A stretch of DNA of 64,000 bases from Eubacteriales bacterium (GTDB lineage Bacteria > Bacillota > Clostridia > Oscillospirales > UBA644). The stretch lies in contig JAZQKK010000011.1 in the NCBI GenBank assembly GCA_045542115.1, positions 15,190-79,189 of the forward strand. Reading direction: 5' to 3'. This document shows, piece by piece, positions 18,721 through 26,944 of the stretch (positions are counted from its first letter, which is position 1; every line of letters starts with the position of its first letter). Position numbers and translations under genes: made by a program. The notes under the pieces are model-generated. The model was not told where the DNA came from. It was given only the letters and a program-made list of their open reading frames with translations, and did no database searches.

Positions 18721-19701
18721 TTATATTTCCTTTTCCAAGGCTTGGATAAGGTTTTCCGTGTACAAGGAAAATCCCAAGTCGTTGGGGTGGAGGCAGTCGT
18801 CTTGGTAGAATTGGGGGGAATGGGGGACCAGGGATTGTCCGTCGATGACGGTAAAGCCCCGGGATTCTTCTTCCCGGCGGAGAACCGAGAACCATTTTTC
18901 GAAGGCGTCGGGGTCTTGTTGGTACTGTTTTTTATCGTTCCGCCAGATGGGGAGGATGCAGATCACCTTTTCCGGGCCGTAGGTCGCTTTTATCTTGTCC
19001 AAAAAGGCGACGGTCATCTGCCGAACCTGTTCCGGGGAACGGCCCCAGGTGATGTCGTTGGTTCCGAAGGCAATAAAGACCCGGTCTGGGTCGAAGTTTG
19101 GCGGGGGGAGGAAGGTGTCTGGGTCGAAATATCCGCCGCCCACTCCTTGGATGATGCAGTCGGCGTTGTAGAAGCGGCTGACCCGCTGGGCGTAGGACAT
19201 CGAAGGGAAGATTCCGTAGAATCCTTGGGTAATGGAATCTCCTAAAAAGAGGAACTTTTGGTCGAAGTTGGGTCGCCGGAGCAATTCGTCGTCGGCAATT
19301 TCCAGAGAATACAGCCGTCCCTCGTAACAATTGGGGAAGGTCAGGCAGACCCGGGTAAGCAGGTCGGGGTCTTCCGGTTCTAAAACGGGATTTCCCTTGT
19401 TGGGCAGAGGAGCCGACAGGGTGTGGCGTTCGGTTTGGGTGGAATGACAGACTAAATTTCCGTCCACCAAAAGGTCGAATCCGCCCCCTTCCACCGTAAA
19501 ACTGACGTGGTCGGCGTAGGTGCAAAATTCCAGGCGAATCCCCGAGGTGTGGCGAGCCATCTCTCCCAGGAACGAAGCCTGTTTTTCCCATTGTTCAAGG
19601 GCTTGACGGGAGCATTTATAAGGGCAGAGCCCCCCGTTTTTGATTTCGTAATCCACCGCCCCGAACAAGAACGGGATTAAAAAGTTTGCAGAAAGCAGCA
19701 T
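18721..19701 (-). CDS. Two-domain SGNH/GDSL hydrolase (CE2-like esterase), paralog 1
   Basis: Block I FLGDSITQG, block III AFGTNDI, block V DCLHPN. The N-terminal beta-sandwich-like domain is shared with the adjacent paralog. Confidence 0.75.
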   Translation of the reverse strand: MLLSANFLIPFLFGAVDYEIKNGGLCPYKCSRQALEQWEKQASFLGEMARHTSGIRLEFCTYADHVSFTVEGGGFDLLVDGNLVCHSTQTERHTLSAPLPNKGNPVLEPEDPDLLTRVCLTFPNCYEGRLYSLEIADDELLRRPNFDQKFLFLGDSITQGFYGIFPSMSYAQRVSRFYNADCIIQGVGGGYFDPDTFLPPPNFDPDRVFIAFGTNDITWGRSPEQVRQMTVAFLDKIKATYGPEKVICILPIWRNDKKQYQQDPDAFEKWFSVLRREEESRGFTVIDGQSLVPHSPQFYQDDCLHPNDLGFSLYTENLIQALEKEI

Positions 19702-19704
19702 TTT

Positions 19705-20652
19705 TTACTCCTTTTCCCCCAAAAGGGCGTGAATCAAGCGTTCGGCATAGAGCGAAAATCCCAAAGCGTTGGGGTGGACGGCGTCGGAAAAGAAATCCTT
19801 GTGATGGGGTACAAAATCCATTCCCGAAAGTACGGTGATTCCCCGCGTTTCGTATTCGGTTTTTATCACGTCAATACATTGGTCGAAGGTCCCCATCGGT
19901 TTTTCCCAGGTATCGTACCGCCAAATGGGGGTGATGCCGTAAATCTTTTTTCCTTGATAGGCCGCGGCGACCTTGTCCAAATAGGCGGACGCATTGGCTT
20001 GCAATTCGCTCAGGGTCCGGAAATGTCCGAAATCGTTGGTTCCGAAGGCAACGAAGACCCGGTCCGGGTCAAAATTTTGGGGAATTTCCAGCAAATCCGC
20101 ATCGAAACAAGCGCCTCCAACCCCTAAAATCCGGCAGTCGGCGTTGAAAAACAGAGCCGTTCGCCAGGCGTAAGACAGGCTGTTTTCTCCCGAATTCCAG
20201 CCCTGGGTGATGGAGTCCCCTAAAAACAGAAATTTTTCGCCGTACTCGTGGGGTTTTACGAAGGTTTCTCCCTGCAATTCCACCCCGAACAGGCCAAGGG
20301 GTTTTCCGTCGTGGCTGGGGAAAATCAGCGTCACCCGGTGGATTCCTTCCGGCAGAGAGACCGGATGGTCCGTCGGGGCGGCGTAGACGGGGGTGGCTTC
20401 GGTCAACAGACCGTCCACCAAAAGGTCAAACGACCCGCCCAAAAGGGAAAAGGTGACGGTTTTTGCATCGGTCTCAAAATCCAACCGAACCCCCGTGGGA
20501 ACTTCCGCCCGTTTCCCAAAATCTTCCCGGAGCGCAAACCATTTTTCCCGATAGGGAGCGGAAAATTTGTAGGGAACGATGCCTCCGTTCGTTTCGGCAA
20601 CTTCCATCGCTCCGAAGAGCGCCGATTTTATCTGTTGTGAAGATAATTTCAT
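19705..20652 (-). CDS. Two-domain SGNH/GDSL hydrolase (CE2-like esterase), paralog 2
   Basis: FLGDSITQG, AFGTNDF, DAVHPN. A 3-nt gap separates it from paralog 1. Confidence 0.75.
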   Translation of the reverse strand: MKLSSQQIKSALFGAMEVAETNGGIVPYKFSAPYREKWFALREDFGKRAEVPTGVRLDFETDAKTVTFSLLGGSFDLLVDGLLTEATPVYAAPTDHPVSLPEGIHRVTLIFPSHDGKPLGLFGVELQGETFVKPHEYGEKFLFLGDSITQGWNSGENSLSYAWRTALFFNADCRILGVGGACFDADLLEIPQNFDPDRVFVAFGTNDFGHFRTLSELQANASAYLDKVAAAYQGKKIYGITPIWRYDTWEKPMGTFDQCIDVIKTEYETRGITVLSGMDFVPHHKDFFSDAVHPNALGFSLYAERLIHALLGEKE

Positions 20653-20685
20653 AGCAGTTTCCTCGCTGTAAATAAAATCTCTTCC

Positions 20686-21228
20686 TTAAAATTTCTTCCA
20701 GACTTCCCCGTCCAGGGTCTTCCACAGGAAGGTTCCGTTTTCCAGGGTCATATATCCCCGGGGGGAATTTTCCTTGGGGATGGAGACCGAGCCGGGGTTC
20801 AGGTAGACCCAATCCCCGTGGTCGTTACAGGCGGGGACGTGGGTGTGTCCGTTGAGAAGGATGCTTCCTTTGGCAAGGGGCGGGGGATTTTGTTCTCCGA
20901 ACCGGTGGCCGTGGGTGGCGAAAATCATCCGTCCGCCGTCTTCCAACAGCATATACTCCGCCAACACCGGAAAATCCAGCACCATCTGGTCCACTTCCGC
21001 CTCACAATTTCCCCGAACGCAAAACAAAACGTCTTTCCGGTCGTTGAGAAGGGCAATCACGTCTTTGGGGGCGTAACCGTCGGGCAGGTCGTTGCGGGGG
21101 CCGTGATAGAGCAAATCCCCCAACAGCAACAGCCGGTCCGCCTGCTCCCGGTCAAAGGCTTGAAGCAACTGCGTACAGTAGGTGGCCGAGCCGTGAATAT
21201 CCGATGCAATCATCCATTTCATAAGCAA
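20686..21228 (-). CDS. YfcE/MJ0936-family phosphodiesterase
   Basis: ASDIHGS, LLGDLLYHGPRND, VRGNCE, ATHGH and LNGHTHVP are metallophosphoesterase motifs. The 180-aa size matches YfcE. Confidence 0.8.
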   Translation of the reverse strand: MLMKWMIASDIHGSATYCTQLLQAFDREQADRLLLLGDLLYHGPRNDLPDGYAPKDVIALLNDRKDVLFCVRGNCEAEVDQMVLDFPVLAEYMLLEDGGRMIFATHGHRFGEQNPPPLAKGSILLNGHTHVPACNDHGDWVYLNPGSVSIPKENSPRGYMTLENGTFLWKTLDGEVWKKF

Positions 21229-21395
21229 TTCTTCCCATTCTTAGAATTTCAACAGTACCCTTGTCTTTGCCGGGAGAGCGCAGCGCAAGACGCCGTCTTC
21301 CATCGGATACGCAGCCGACGCATCGTCCAACCGCTCCCCGGCAATCTGCTTTCCGCTCCACAAAGATTCTTCGTTGATTTCAATGGTTTCCCGGT

Positions 21396-22595
21396 TTATT
21401 TCATCTCCAAAACCATTTCCATCGCAAAGACGCAGGACCAGGAGAAGTCTCTTCCGCATTTTCCTTCCCCGGTGATGGGATTGTAGTTTTCGTGAATGGT
21501 CTCGTCCCGGTCCATCCAATCCAACAACGTGTCCCGGATTCCCATCGCGGTCTTTCGGAATCCGTAATCGTACAACCCTTTTATGGCGAAATAAGCCACG
21601 TTCATCCACACCGAACCGCGCCAATACCCCAGGGGGTCCATCTTGGGATGGTCGAGAGAAACGGTGGGCATACAGGGATACAGTTTTTTCGGGTCAGCCG
21701 CAAATTTTTCCAAGGCCGCCGCCTGCTTGTTGGTGGCGATTCCCACCCACAGGGGCATAAAGGCCGCAGGCGTCAGCACCCGGGCAAAGTCTTTTTCTTT
21801 AAAATTCCAATCCCAGAAGCATCCGTCTTCTTCACACCACATCACGGTCAGAATTCTTTTAGTCAACTCTTCCCGACGCAGACGCCACGTTTCCGCATCG
21901 TCGGTGCGGTTTTGCCGATTGGCCAAATATTCCATCGACCGATAAAACGAGACCATAAAGCAGTTCAGGTCCACGGGATACATATATTCGACGGCACCGT
22001 CGTCAAAGCGAATGGAGTCGTCCAGACCGGATTCCCAGCCAATGTACGTAATCCGCAGTTTCCCCTGTTCCGAGGTGGAATAAAAGAACAAACCGTCTTC
22101 TTCGCAGAACCGTTGGGTCCGCCAAAAAGATTCATTCAGCACCAACTTCGGGTACATCTTCGCCAAAAAATCATCGTCGGGATAGGCGCGGTCCATCCGT
22201 TCCATCGCCCACGCCCACACCGGGGGCTTGCTGTATTGGTCCATAATCTGGTTTTTGTGTCCGGGCATCCGAATCACGTCGGGAAGCATCCCGTCGTCCT
22301 TTTGGAACAGGAAAAAAGCTTCCATCTGTTCCTGGGCCAATTTCGGGTCAAACCGAGCCACGCCCACCATATGGAAGGCGCTGTCCCAGTTCCAAATACC
22401 GGGGAATTGGATGTTGTCCGGGTTCGCGTGATGACGCGCCATCGACGGCGAGATGGCCCGATAGGGCTTCCAAAGAGTTTCTTCTTCGAGGGGGGCAATA
22501 TTCTGCACCAAAATCCGGGACGCCTTGTCCAACAAGCGGTAATCCCGGTCCGAAAGGGAGCGCTCGTTCTTTTTCAACCATTCCGTCCTTAACAT
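21396..22595 (-). CDS. (alpha/alpha)6-barrel glycoside hydrolase, GH63/trehalase-like (MGH1-like)
   Basis: FPGIWNWDSAFHMVG, GWESGLDDSIRFD and YWRGSVWMNVAYF are motifs typical of clan GH-G enzymes. Family assignment is not resolved. Confidence 0.6.
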   Translation of the reverse strand: MLRTEWLKKNERSLSDRDYRLLDKASRILVQNIAPLEEETLWKPYRAISPSMARHHANPDNIQFPGIWNWDSAFHMVGVARFDPKLAQEQMEAFFLFQKDDGMLPDVIRMPGHKNQIMDQYSKPPVWAWAMERMDRAYPDDDFLAKMYPKLVLNESFWRTQRFCEEDGLFFYSTSEQGKLRITYIGWESGLDDSIRFDDGAVEYMYPVDLNCFMVSFYRSMEYLANRQNRTDDAETWRLRREELTKRILTVMWCEEDGCFWDWNFKEKDFARVLTPAAFMPLWVGIATNKQAAALEKFAADPKKLYPCMPTVSLDHPKMDPLGYWRGSVWMNVAYFAIKGLYDYGFRKTAMGIRDTLLDWMDRDETIHENYNPITGEGKCGRDFSWSCVFAMEMVLEMK

Positions 22596-22610
22596 TTCAA
22601 AATATCCTCC

Positions 22611-23420
22611 TCATTTTACGGTGATTTCACCGACGATTCCCTTGAACAGACCGCCCACCACGTAACTGGGCTTCCCGAAAAAGTCGATCAAGGCGTTATT
22701 GTGCCAATGTCCGCCGCAAAAACCCTTGAACAACGGCTCTTCCGCCAAATAGTTCATCACCTTCACCGAGGTGTCCACCATCTCTTCCGTTCCGCCCAGG
22801 TTCTTGACCAAATGGTCAATTCGGTACCCTTCTTTCTTCGTCTGGTCAGGATGAATGGGCACGTGGGTGAACAGCAGAATGGGCAGACCCTTGGCAACTT
22901 CCGCCTGCAACTGCTCGAACTGCTTTTCGGTCCAGGTGGCATACCCGTTATCGGCGGCAATCACGTTGACTCCGCCTACGATCCGGCTCTCAAAATACAT
23001 ATCCCCCCGGAAATGGGATTGAATATAGTCTCCCGTGGTTTCCTTCAATTCGTAAGAGTCAATGCCCGGCTTGGGGGTAAATTCGTGGTTTCCCGCGCAG
23101 AACAGATAATCTTTGCCCGCAAGGATTTCCTTGGCCACGTCGTAGTTTTTATAAGTATTGAAATCTACCACGTCTCCCGTGAAAACGGTGCAGTCAAAGT
23201 TCTTGGCGTACTCCATCGCCTCTTCCAGATACCCCACCGGGTCCCGTTCGGGAAAGTTTGCTTCCCGGAAAAATACGTCCCGGCGCCCGGCGGCGTAAGG
23301 AATCATTTCTTCCTTATTCCGTTCGTCGGAAAGGGAGAGATGCACGTCGGTCAACTGCAAAATTTTTACCGGCTTTTCCAGCCCCAGGTCAAATTGGATC
23401 TTATTCGGTTTCAAGTTCAT
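22611..23420 (-). CDS. Metallophosphoesterase
   Basis: LQLTDVHLS, FTGDVVDF, AGNHEF, FTHVPI, GGHWH. Confidence 0.8.
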   Translation of the reverse strand: MNLKPNKIQFDLGLEKPVKILQLTDVHLSLSDERNKEEMIPYAAGRRDVFFREANFPERDPVGYLEEAMEYAKNFDCTVFTGDVVDFNTYKNYDVAKEILAGKDYLFCAGNHEFTPKPGIDSYELKETTGDYIQSHFRGDMYFESRIVGGVNVIAADNGYATWTEKQFEQLQAEVAKGLPILLFTHVPIHPDQTKKEGYRIDHLVKNLGGTEEMVDTSVKVMNYLAEEPLFKGFCGGHWHNNALIDFFGKPSYVVGGLFKGIVGEITVK

Positions 23421-23639
23421 AAAAAATCTCCTTCTTAGGCCATTTTTTTCAGTTTACCATATCCTACCGAAAAAATCAATAGATTTTTTAAACAATATAC
23501 AAAATGTCGGAAATTTTTCATTACACCTCTTCCCCCGTTTCTTTCCGCGCCCCGCACCGGCACACCATCCCCTTGCAGCCGCCGCGTCCCCATCGACCGG
23601 CCGAGGATTCATTTTTAAGAAAAATTTCACATTTCCCCC

Positions 23640-23668
23640 TTGCAAACGGCGGATTTTTGTGGTATAAT
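23640..23668 (+). promoter_or_regulatory. sigma-70-type promoter of tRNA-Trp
   Basis: TTGCAA (23640-23645), 17-bp spacer, TGgTATAAT extended -10 (TATAAT 23663-23668). Confidence 0.6.
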
Positions 23669-23705
23669 AGAACCCTGTCGGAACCCATCCGACCCACCGA
23701 AATAC

Positions 23706-23781
23706 AGGGGTATAGCTCAGCCGGTAGAGCAGCGGTCTCCAAAACCGCGTGTCCTGGGTTCGATCCCTAGTGCCCCTGCCA
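23706..23781 (+). tRNA. trnW: tRNA-Trp (anticodon CCA), CCA end encoded
   Basis: AGGGGTA acceptor stem pairs with TGCCCCT. D-arm is AGCTCAGCCGGTAGAGC, the anticodon loop is CTCCAAA, and the T-arm is CTGGGTTCGATCCCTAG. Confidence 0.93.
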
Positions 23782-23782
23782 A

Positions 23783-23820
23783 ACAAGAACGACCTGCGCT
23801 GCGGGTCGTTCTTGTTTTTG
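23783..23820 (+). terminator. Rho-independent terminator after tRNA-Trp
   Basis: ACAAGAACGACC-TGCGCTGC-GGGTCGTTCTTGT followed by TTTTT. Confidence 0.8.
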
Positions 23821-23908
23821 TAGAGGAAACGGGGAGCGAATGGGTTAGGGAGGGAATGACAGTCCTGTGGACTGTCAGAACCACCTCCGGCCTGCCCCGC
23901 AGGGCAGG

Positions 23909-23930
23909 TCGATCCCTAGCGCCCCTGCCA
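23909..23930 (+). repeat. Direct repeat of the tRNA-Trp 3' end (att-like)
   Basis: TCGATCCCTAGcGCCCCTGCCA compared with tRNA 23760-23781 TCGATCCCTAGtGCCCCTGCCA: 21 of 22 identical. Confidence 0.85.
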
Positions 23931-23947
23931 ATAATGATCCCCAGCCC

Positions 23948-23976
23948 TTGACGAGTCGGGGAAGTCGTGGTATAAT
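23948..23976 (+). promoter_or_regulatory. sigma-70-type promoter of the YbjN-like gene pair
   Basis: TTGACG, 17-bp spacer, TGgTATAAT. Confidence 0.6.
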
Positions 23977-24071
23977 AAAAAAATCGGCAGGGTGAAATAT
24001 CGTTGCGAAATTTTGCCGCCGGACGCGTTTGTTAAGATACCGAATCAAATCACAGAACAGGAGAAAACGTT

Positions 24072-24566
24072 ATGGCAGAATCGAATCTGGAACAGGCTCA
24101 GGCTGTGTTCGATGCCCTTTGCCGGACGATGGATCGTCTCGACTGGTATTATAAGAAAGTTAAGGATCTCACCATCGAATGCGGTGCGAAGGGGGAGGAT
24201 CTCCCTATGGACCTCACCATCAAGGTGGACGAGGAGCGTCGCCTGATCCGGCTGATCTCCCTGCTCCCCTTCTCTATTCCGGAGGATAAGCGCCTCGACG
24301 TGGTCGTGGCCATCTGCGCCCTCAACAACGCCCTTGTGGACGGGTGCTTTGACCTTGATCTCGGGGACGGCTCTCTGTTTTTCCGTATGACCAACAGCTA
24401 TGCGGACAGCGAGCTTGGCACGGAAGTATTCGAATATCTTCTCTATTCCTCCTGCCAGATGATCGACGAATACAACGACCGGTTTTTGATGCTGTCCAAG
24501 GGGATGCTCTCCCTGGAAAAATGGATCTCCATAATCAACGACAAAGGAGGGAAAGACAATGAGTAA
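24072..24566 (+). CDS. YbjN-like (type III secretion chaperone-fold) protein, paralog 1
   Basis: 164 aa. The layout (F..L...L....W.Y.K, central hairpins, C-terminal helix) is paralogous to the next ORF. The family call is from memory of PF10722-like proteins. Confidence 0.5.
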   Translation: MAESNLEQAQAVFDALCRTMDRLDWYYKKVKDLTIECGAKGEDLPMDLTIKVDEERRLIRLISLLPFSIPEDKRLDVVVAICALNNALVDGCFDLDLGDGSLFFRMTNSYADSELGTEVFEYLLYSSCQMIDEYNDRFLMLSKGMLSLEKWISIINDKGGKDNE

Positions 24567-25026
24567 CGCACTTGCAAATCAGGTATACGGGACCCTTTGC
24601 GACGCCCTCGACGAACGGGGCTGGTCTTATAAAAAAGAGGAGGAACAGCTCCTCGTCCATTTCGGCGTCCGCGGCAACGTCGTTTCCTTGCAGATTCTGA
24701 TCTTCGTGGATGCGGACCGTCAGATGATCCGCGTTGTGTCCCCCATCGGCTTCAATATGAAGCGGGATAATCTTCTCGACGGCGCCATCGCCTGCACCGT
24801 CGCCTCTTACGGTATGGTTGACGGCAATTTCGATTACGACGTTTCCGACGGCAGCATCGTTTATCGTCTGACCGCCTCCTACCGCGGCAGCAAAATCGGC
24901 AAGGGGCTGTTCCATTACCTCATTGACTGCACCTGCGCCACCGTCGACGATTACTACGAAAAGTTCCTCGGTCTCAACAATGGCACGCTCACCCTCCAGG
25001 ACTTCATCGAAAAAGGTCTGGCCTGA
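24559..25026 (+). CDS. YbjN-like protein, paralog 2
   Basis: 155 aa. VYGTLCDALDERGWSYKKEEEQLLVHF parallels VFDALCRTMDRLDWYYKKVKDLTIECG in paralog 1. There is an 8-nt overlap with the upstream gene. Confidence 0.5.
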   Translation: MSNALANQVYGTLCDALDERGWSYKKEEEQLLVHFGVRGNVVSLQILIFVDADRQMIRVVSPIGFNMKRDNLLDGAIACTVASYGMVDGNFDYDVSDGSIVYRLTASYRGSKIGKGLFHYLIDCTCATVDDYYEKFLGLNNGTLTLQDFIEKGLA

Positions 25027-25061
25027 CCGCATTGATCCCAAAATCCCGCAACAACCACCGC

Positions 25062-25091
25062 CCCCGGAACGCCCATCGTTCCGGGGTTTTT
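25062..25091 (+). terminator. Rho-independent terminator
   Basis: CCCCGGAACG-CCCA-TCGTTCCGGGG followed by TTTTT. Confidence 0.75.
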
Positions 25092-25108
25092 CATTACTCC
25101 TTCCCATC

Positions 25109-25137
25109 TTGAAAAAATGCGAAAATTGTGATATAAT
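25109..25137 (+). promoter_or_regulatory. sigma-70-type promoter of the TipAS/DUF5714 pair
   Basis: TTGAAA, 17-bp spacer, TGtGATATAAT. Confidence 0.6.
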
Positions 25138-25176
25138 AGAAAATAGAAGAAATCATTACGCATAGGGGACGAAAAA

Positions 25177-25548
25177 ATGAGGGATATTTATTCTGCCGAA
25201 GCCCAAAAACGCTGGGGGGATACCTCCGCCTACCGGGAACACGCCGAAAAAACAAAACATTACACAAAAGAACAATGGGATACGGTAAACGACGGCTTAA
25301 TGTCCATCTTTGCCGAATTTTCCCCGTGCAAAAATCGTAGTTTTTCCCCCGATTCCCCCGAGGTGCAGGCGCTTGTCAAAAAACTTCAAGCCCACGTCAC
25401 CGAACACTACTACACCTGCACCCCCGAAATCCTCGCCGGCCTCGGTAAGATGTACGTTGCTGACGAACGGTTCACAAACAACATCGACAAACAGGGCGAC
25501 GGAACCGCAGAATTTGTGGCAAACGCCATAGAATGGATGACAAAATGA
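25177..25548 (+). CDS. Stand-alone TipAS antibiotic-recognition domain protein (no MerR HTH)
   Basis: YSAEAQKRWGDTSAYREHAEKTKHYTKEQW...ALVKKLQAHVTEHYYTCTPEILAGLGKMYVADERFTNNIDKQGDGTAEF matches the TipAS C-terminal domain of MerR/TipAL regulators. Confidence 0.8.
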   Translation: MRDIYSAEAQKRWGDTSAYREHAEKTKHYTKEQWDTVNDGLMSIFAEFSPCKNRSFSPDSPEVQALVKKLQAHVTEHYYTCTPEILAGLGKMYVADERFTNNIDKQGDGTAEFVANAIEWMTK

Positions 25549-26231
25549 AAGACGAATGTTTGATTTGCGGAGCACCTCTGAAATATCTGGAACAGGACGA
25601 GCGGATGGAATGTGCCGTCTGCCACAAAAAAGAGCCGAGCAAAACCGTATGTGAAAAGGGGCATTATATCTGCAACGCGTGTCACACCCAAGGGGTGGAC
25701 AGCATCATCGGAGTGTGTCTTTCGGAGCAATCGAAAAATCCCATCGTCGTCCTTCAAAAACTGATGGCGTTGCCGGTCTGCCATATGCACGGCCCCGAGC
25801 ATCACGTAATGGTCGGTTCGGCGTTGCTCACGGCGTATCGGAACGCCGGGGGAGAAATCGACCTTCCCAAAGCCCTTGCGGAAATGCAAGCACGGGGCAG
25901 AAAGATTCCCGGAGGCGCCTGTGGGTTTTGGGGCGCTTGCGGCGCCGGTGTCAGTGCCGGAATCTTCGTGTCCATCGTGACCGGCGCAACACCCCTTGCC
26001 ACCGAAGGGTGGGGACTTTCTAACAGAATGACCGCCTCTGCCCTGGAAGCAATCGGCACCGTGAGCGGACCTCGCTGCTGCAAGCGGGATTCCTACCTCG
26101 CCATCACAAAGGCGGTGGAATTCGCCAAAGAACACCTGGGCGTAGCAATGGAATTAAGCGACGTCATCTGCACCCATTCTTTCCAAAACAATCAATGCAT
26201 CCAAGCCCGCTGCCCCTTTTTCGCAAACTAA
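25533..26231 (+). CDS. Cys-rich metal-binding protein (DUF5714-like)
   Basis: An N-terminal CxxC...CxxC...CxxC zinc-ribbon pattern and a C-terminal CTHSFQNNQCIQARC. It overlaps the TipAS stop. An alternative start MKDECLICG lies at 25545. Confidence 0.55.
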   Translation: MDDKMKDECLICGAPLKYLEQDERMECAVCHKKEPSKTVCEKGHYICNACHTQGVDSIIGVCLSEQSKNPIVVLQKLMALPVCHMHGPEHHVMVGSALLTAYRNAGGEIDLPKALAEMQARGRKIPGGACGFWGACGAGVSAGIFVSIVTGATPLATEGWGLSNRMTASALEAIGTVSGPRCCKRDSYLAITKAVEFAKEHLGVAMELSDVICTHSFQNNQCIQARCPFFAN

Positions 26232-26261
26232 ACACTGCCGTGGAGTAAAAATAAGTGGAAA

Positions 26262-26357
26262 AGAACTGATACCCGACCCCGCATCAAGACCTACACCGGC
26301 TGGACGGCGCAAATCATCCAACACGAAGTGGATCATTGTAATGGAGTATTGATTTAA
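26262..26357 (+). pseudogene. Peptide deformylase C-terminal remnant
   Basis: The frame reads ...RIKTYTGWTAQIIQHEVDHCNGVLI*. QHExDH(x)NG is deformylase motif 3. No upstream deformylase motifs (GxGxAAxQ, EGCLS) are present. Confidence 0.6.
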
Positions 26358-26594
26358 AAAAGAAGCCCTTCAATGTTTCGCGGTCCCATCCGCTATTCCA
26401 TCTTCCACCCCACCCGCCATACCTGGCACAATTCTGCTCCGCCACCCCACCGCCACAAAAAAGAACGGCCTCTGCCGGGAAAAACCTTGTCGCCTGCCAC
26501 GGCGGCTTGGAAGGGGATACGGTCGTCGGAGCAGATTGGCGGACTTGGAGACATAGATATAAATACATAGAATAGCAATGTTTCTTATAAGACA

Positions 26595-26630
26595 AGGAAA
26601 GACTCTCTGCATAGAGAGTCTTTCCTTTTA
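26595..26630. terminator. Strong hairpin at the left edge of the AT-richer island
   Basis: AGGAAAGACTCTCT-GCAT-AGAGAGTCTTTCCT followed by TTTTA. Confidence 0.6.
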
Positions 26631-26944
26631 TCTCTTATTCTTTAAGTATTGTTCATATAGTTTACTATCATACGGAAGAACGGATGTAACGAAATACTGA
26701 CACATAATGGTATGTGGGTTATCCCACTGTACACATCGCGCATCTGCAAGAATGCATCTGCCCCCTACATTAAAATTGCAACAGCGTTGCACGTTTGCAC
26801 AAACACGCTTTGGGTCGATCCTTCATTATCACCGTCCTTCCACGATAAGTATGCAAGATGGACGGGGGTGATAATTTGCATTTCAAAACTCTACACTATC
26901 GTGTTTTAATTTCTGCCATATGAATCTTTTGAAAAAAGGAAGAA

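Noticed and set aside
23881-23931. A second tRNA gene or tRNA pseudogene downstream of tRNA-Trp.
   Set aside because: Only the last 22 nt (half the T-arm plus the acceptor 3' strand and CCA) are present. No matching 5' acceptor strand, D-arm or anticodon arm exists upstream. It is better explained as an att-type duplication.
26360-26944. Several 60-93-aa ORFs on both strands between the deformylase stump and the pilus island.
   Set aside because: The translations are Pro/Trp/Gly/Arg-rich or otherwise featureless, and they have no RBS or family motif. The region may hold decayed gene fragments, but I cannot support any call.
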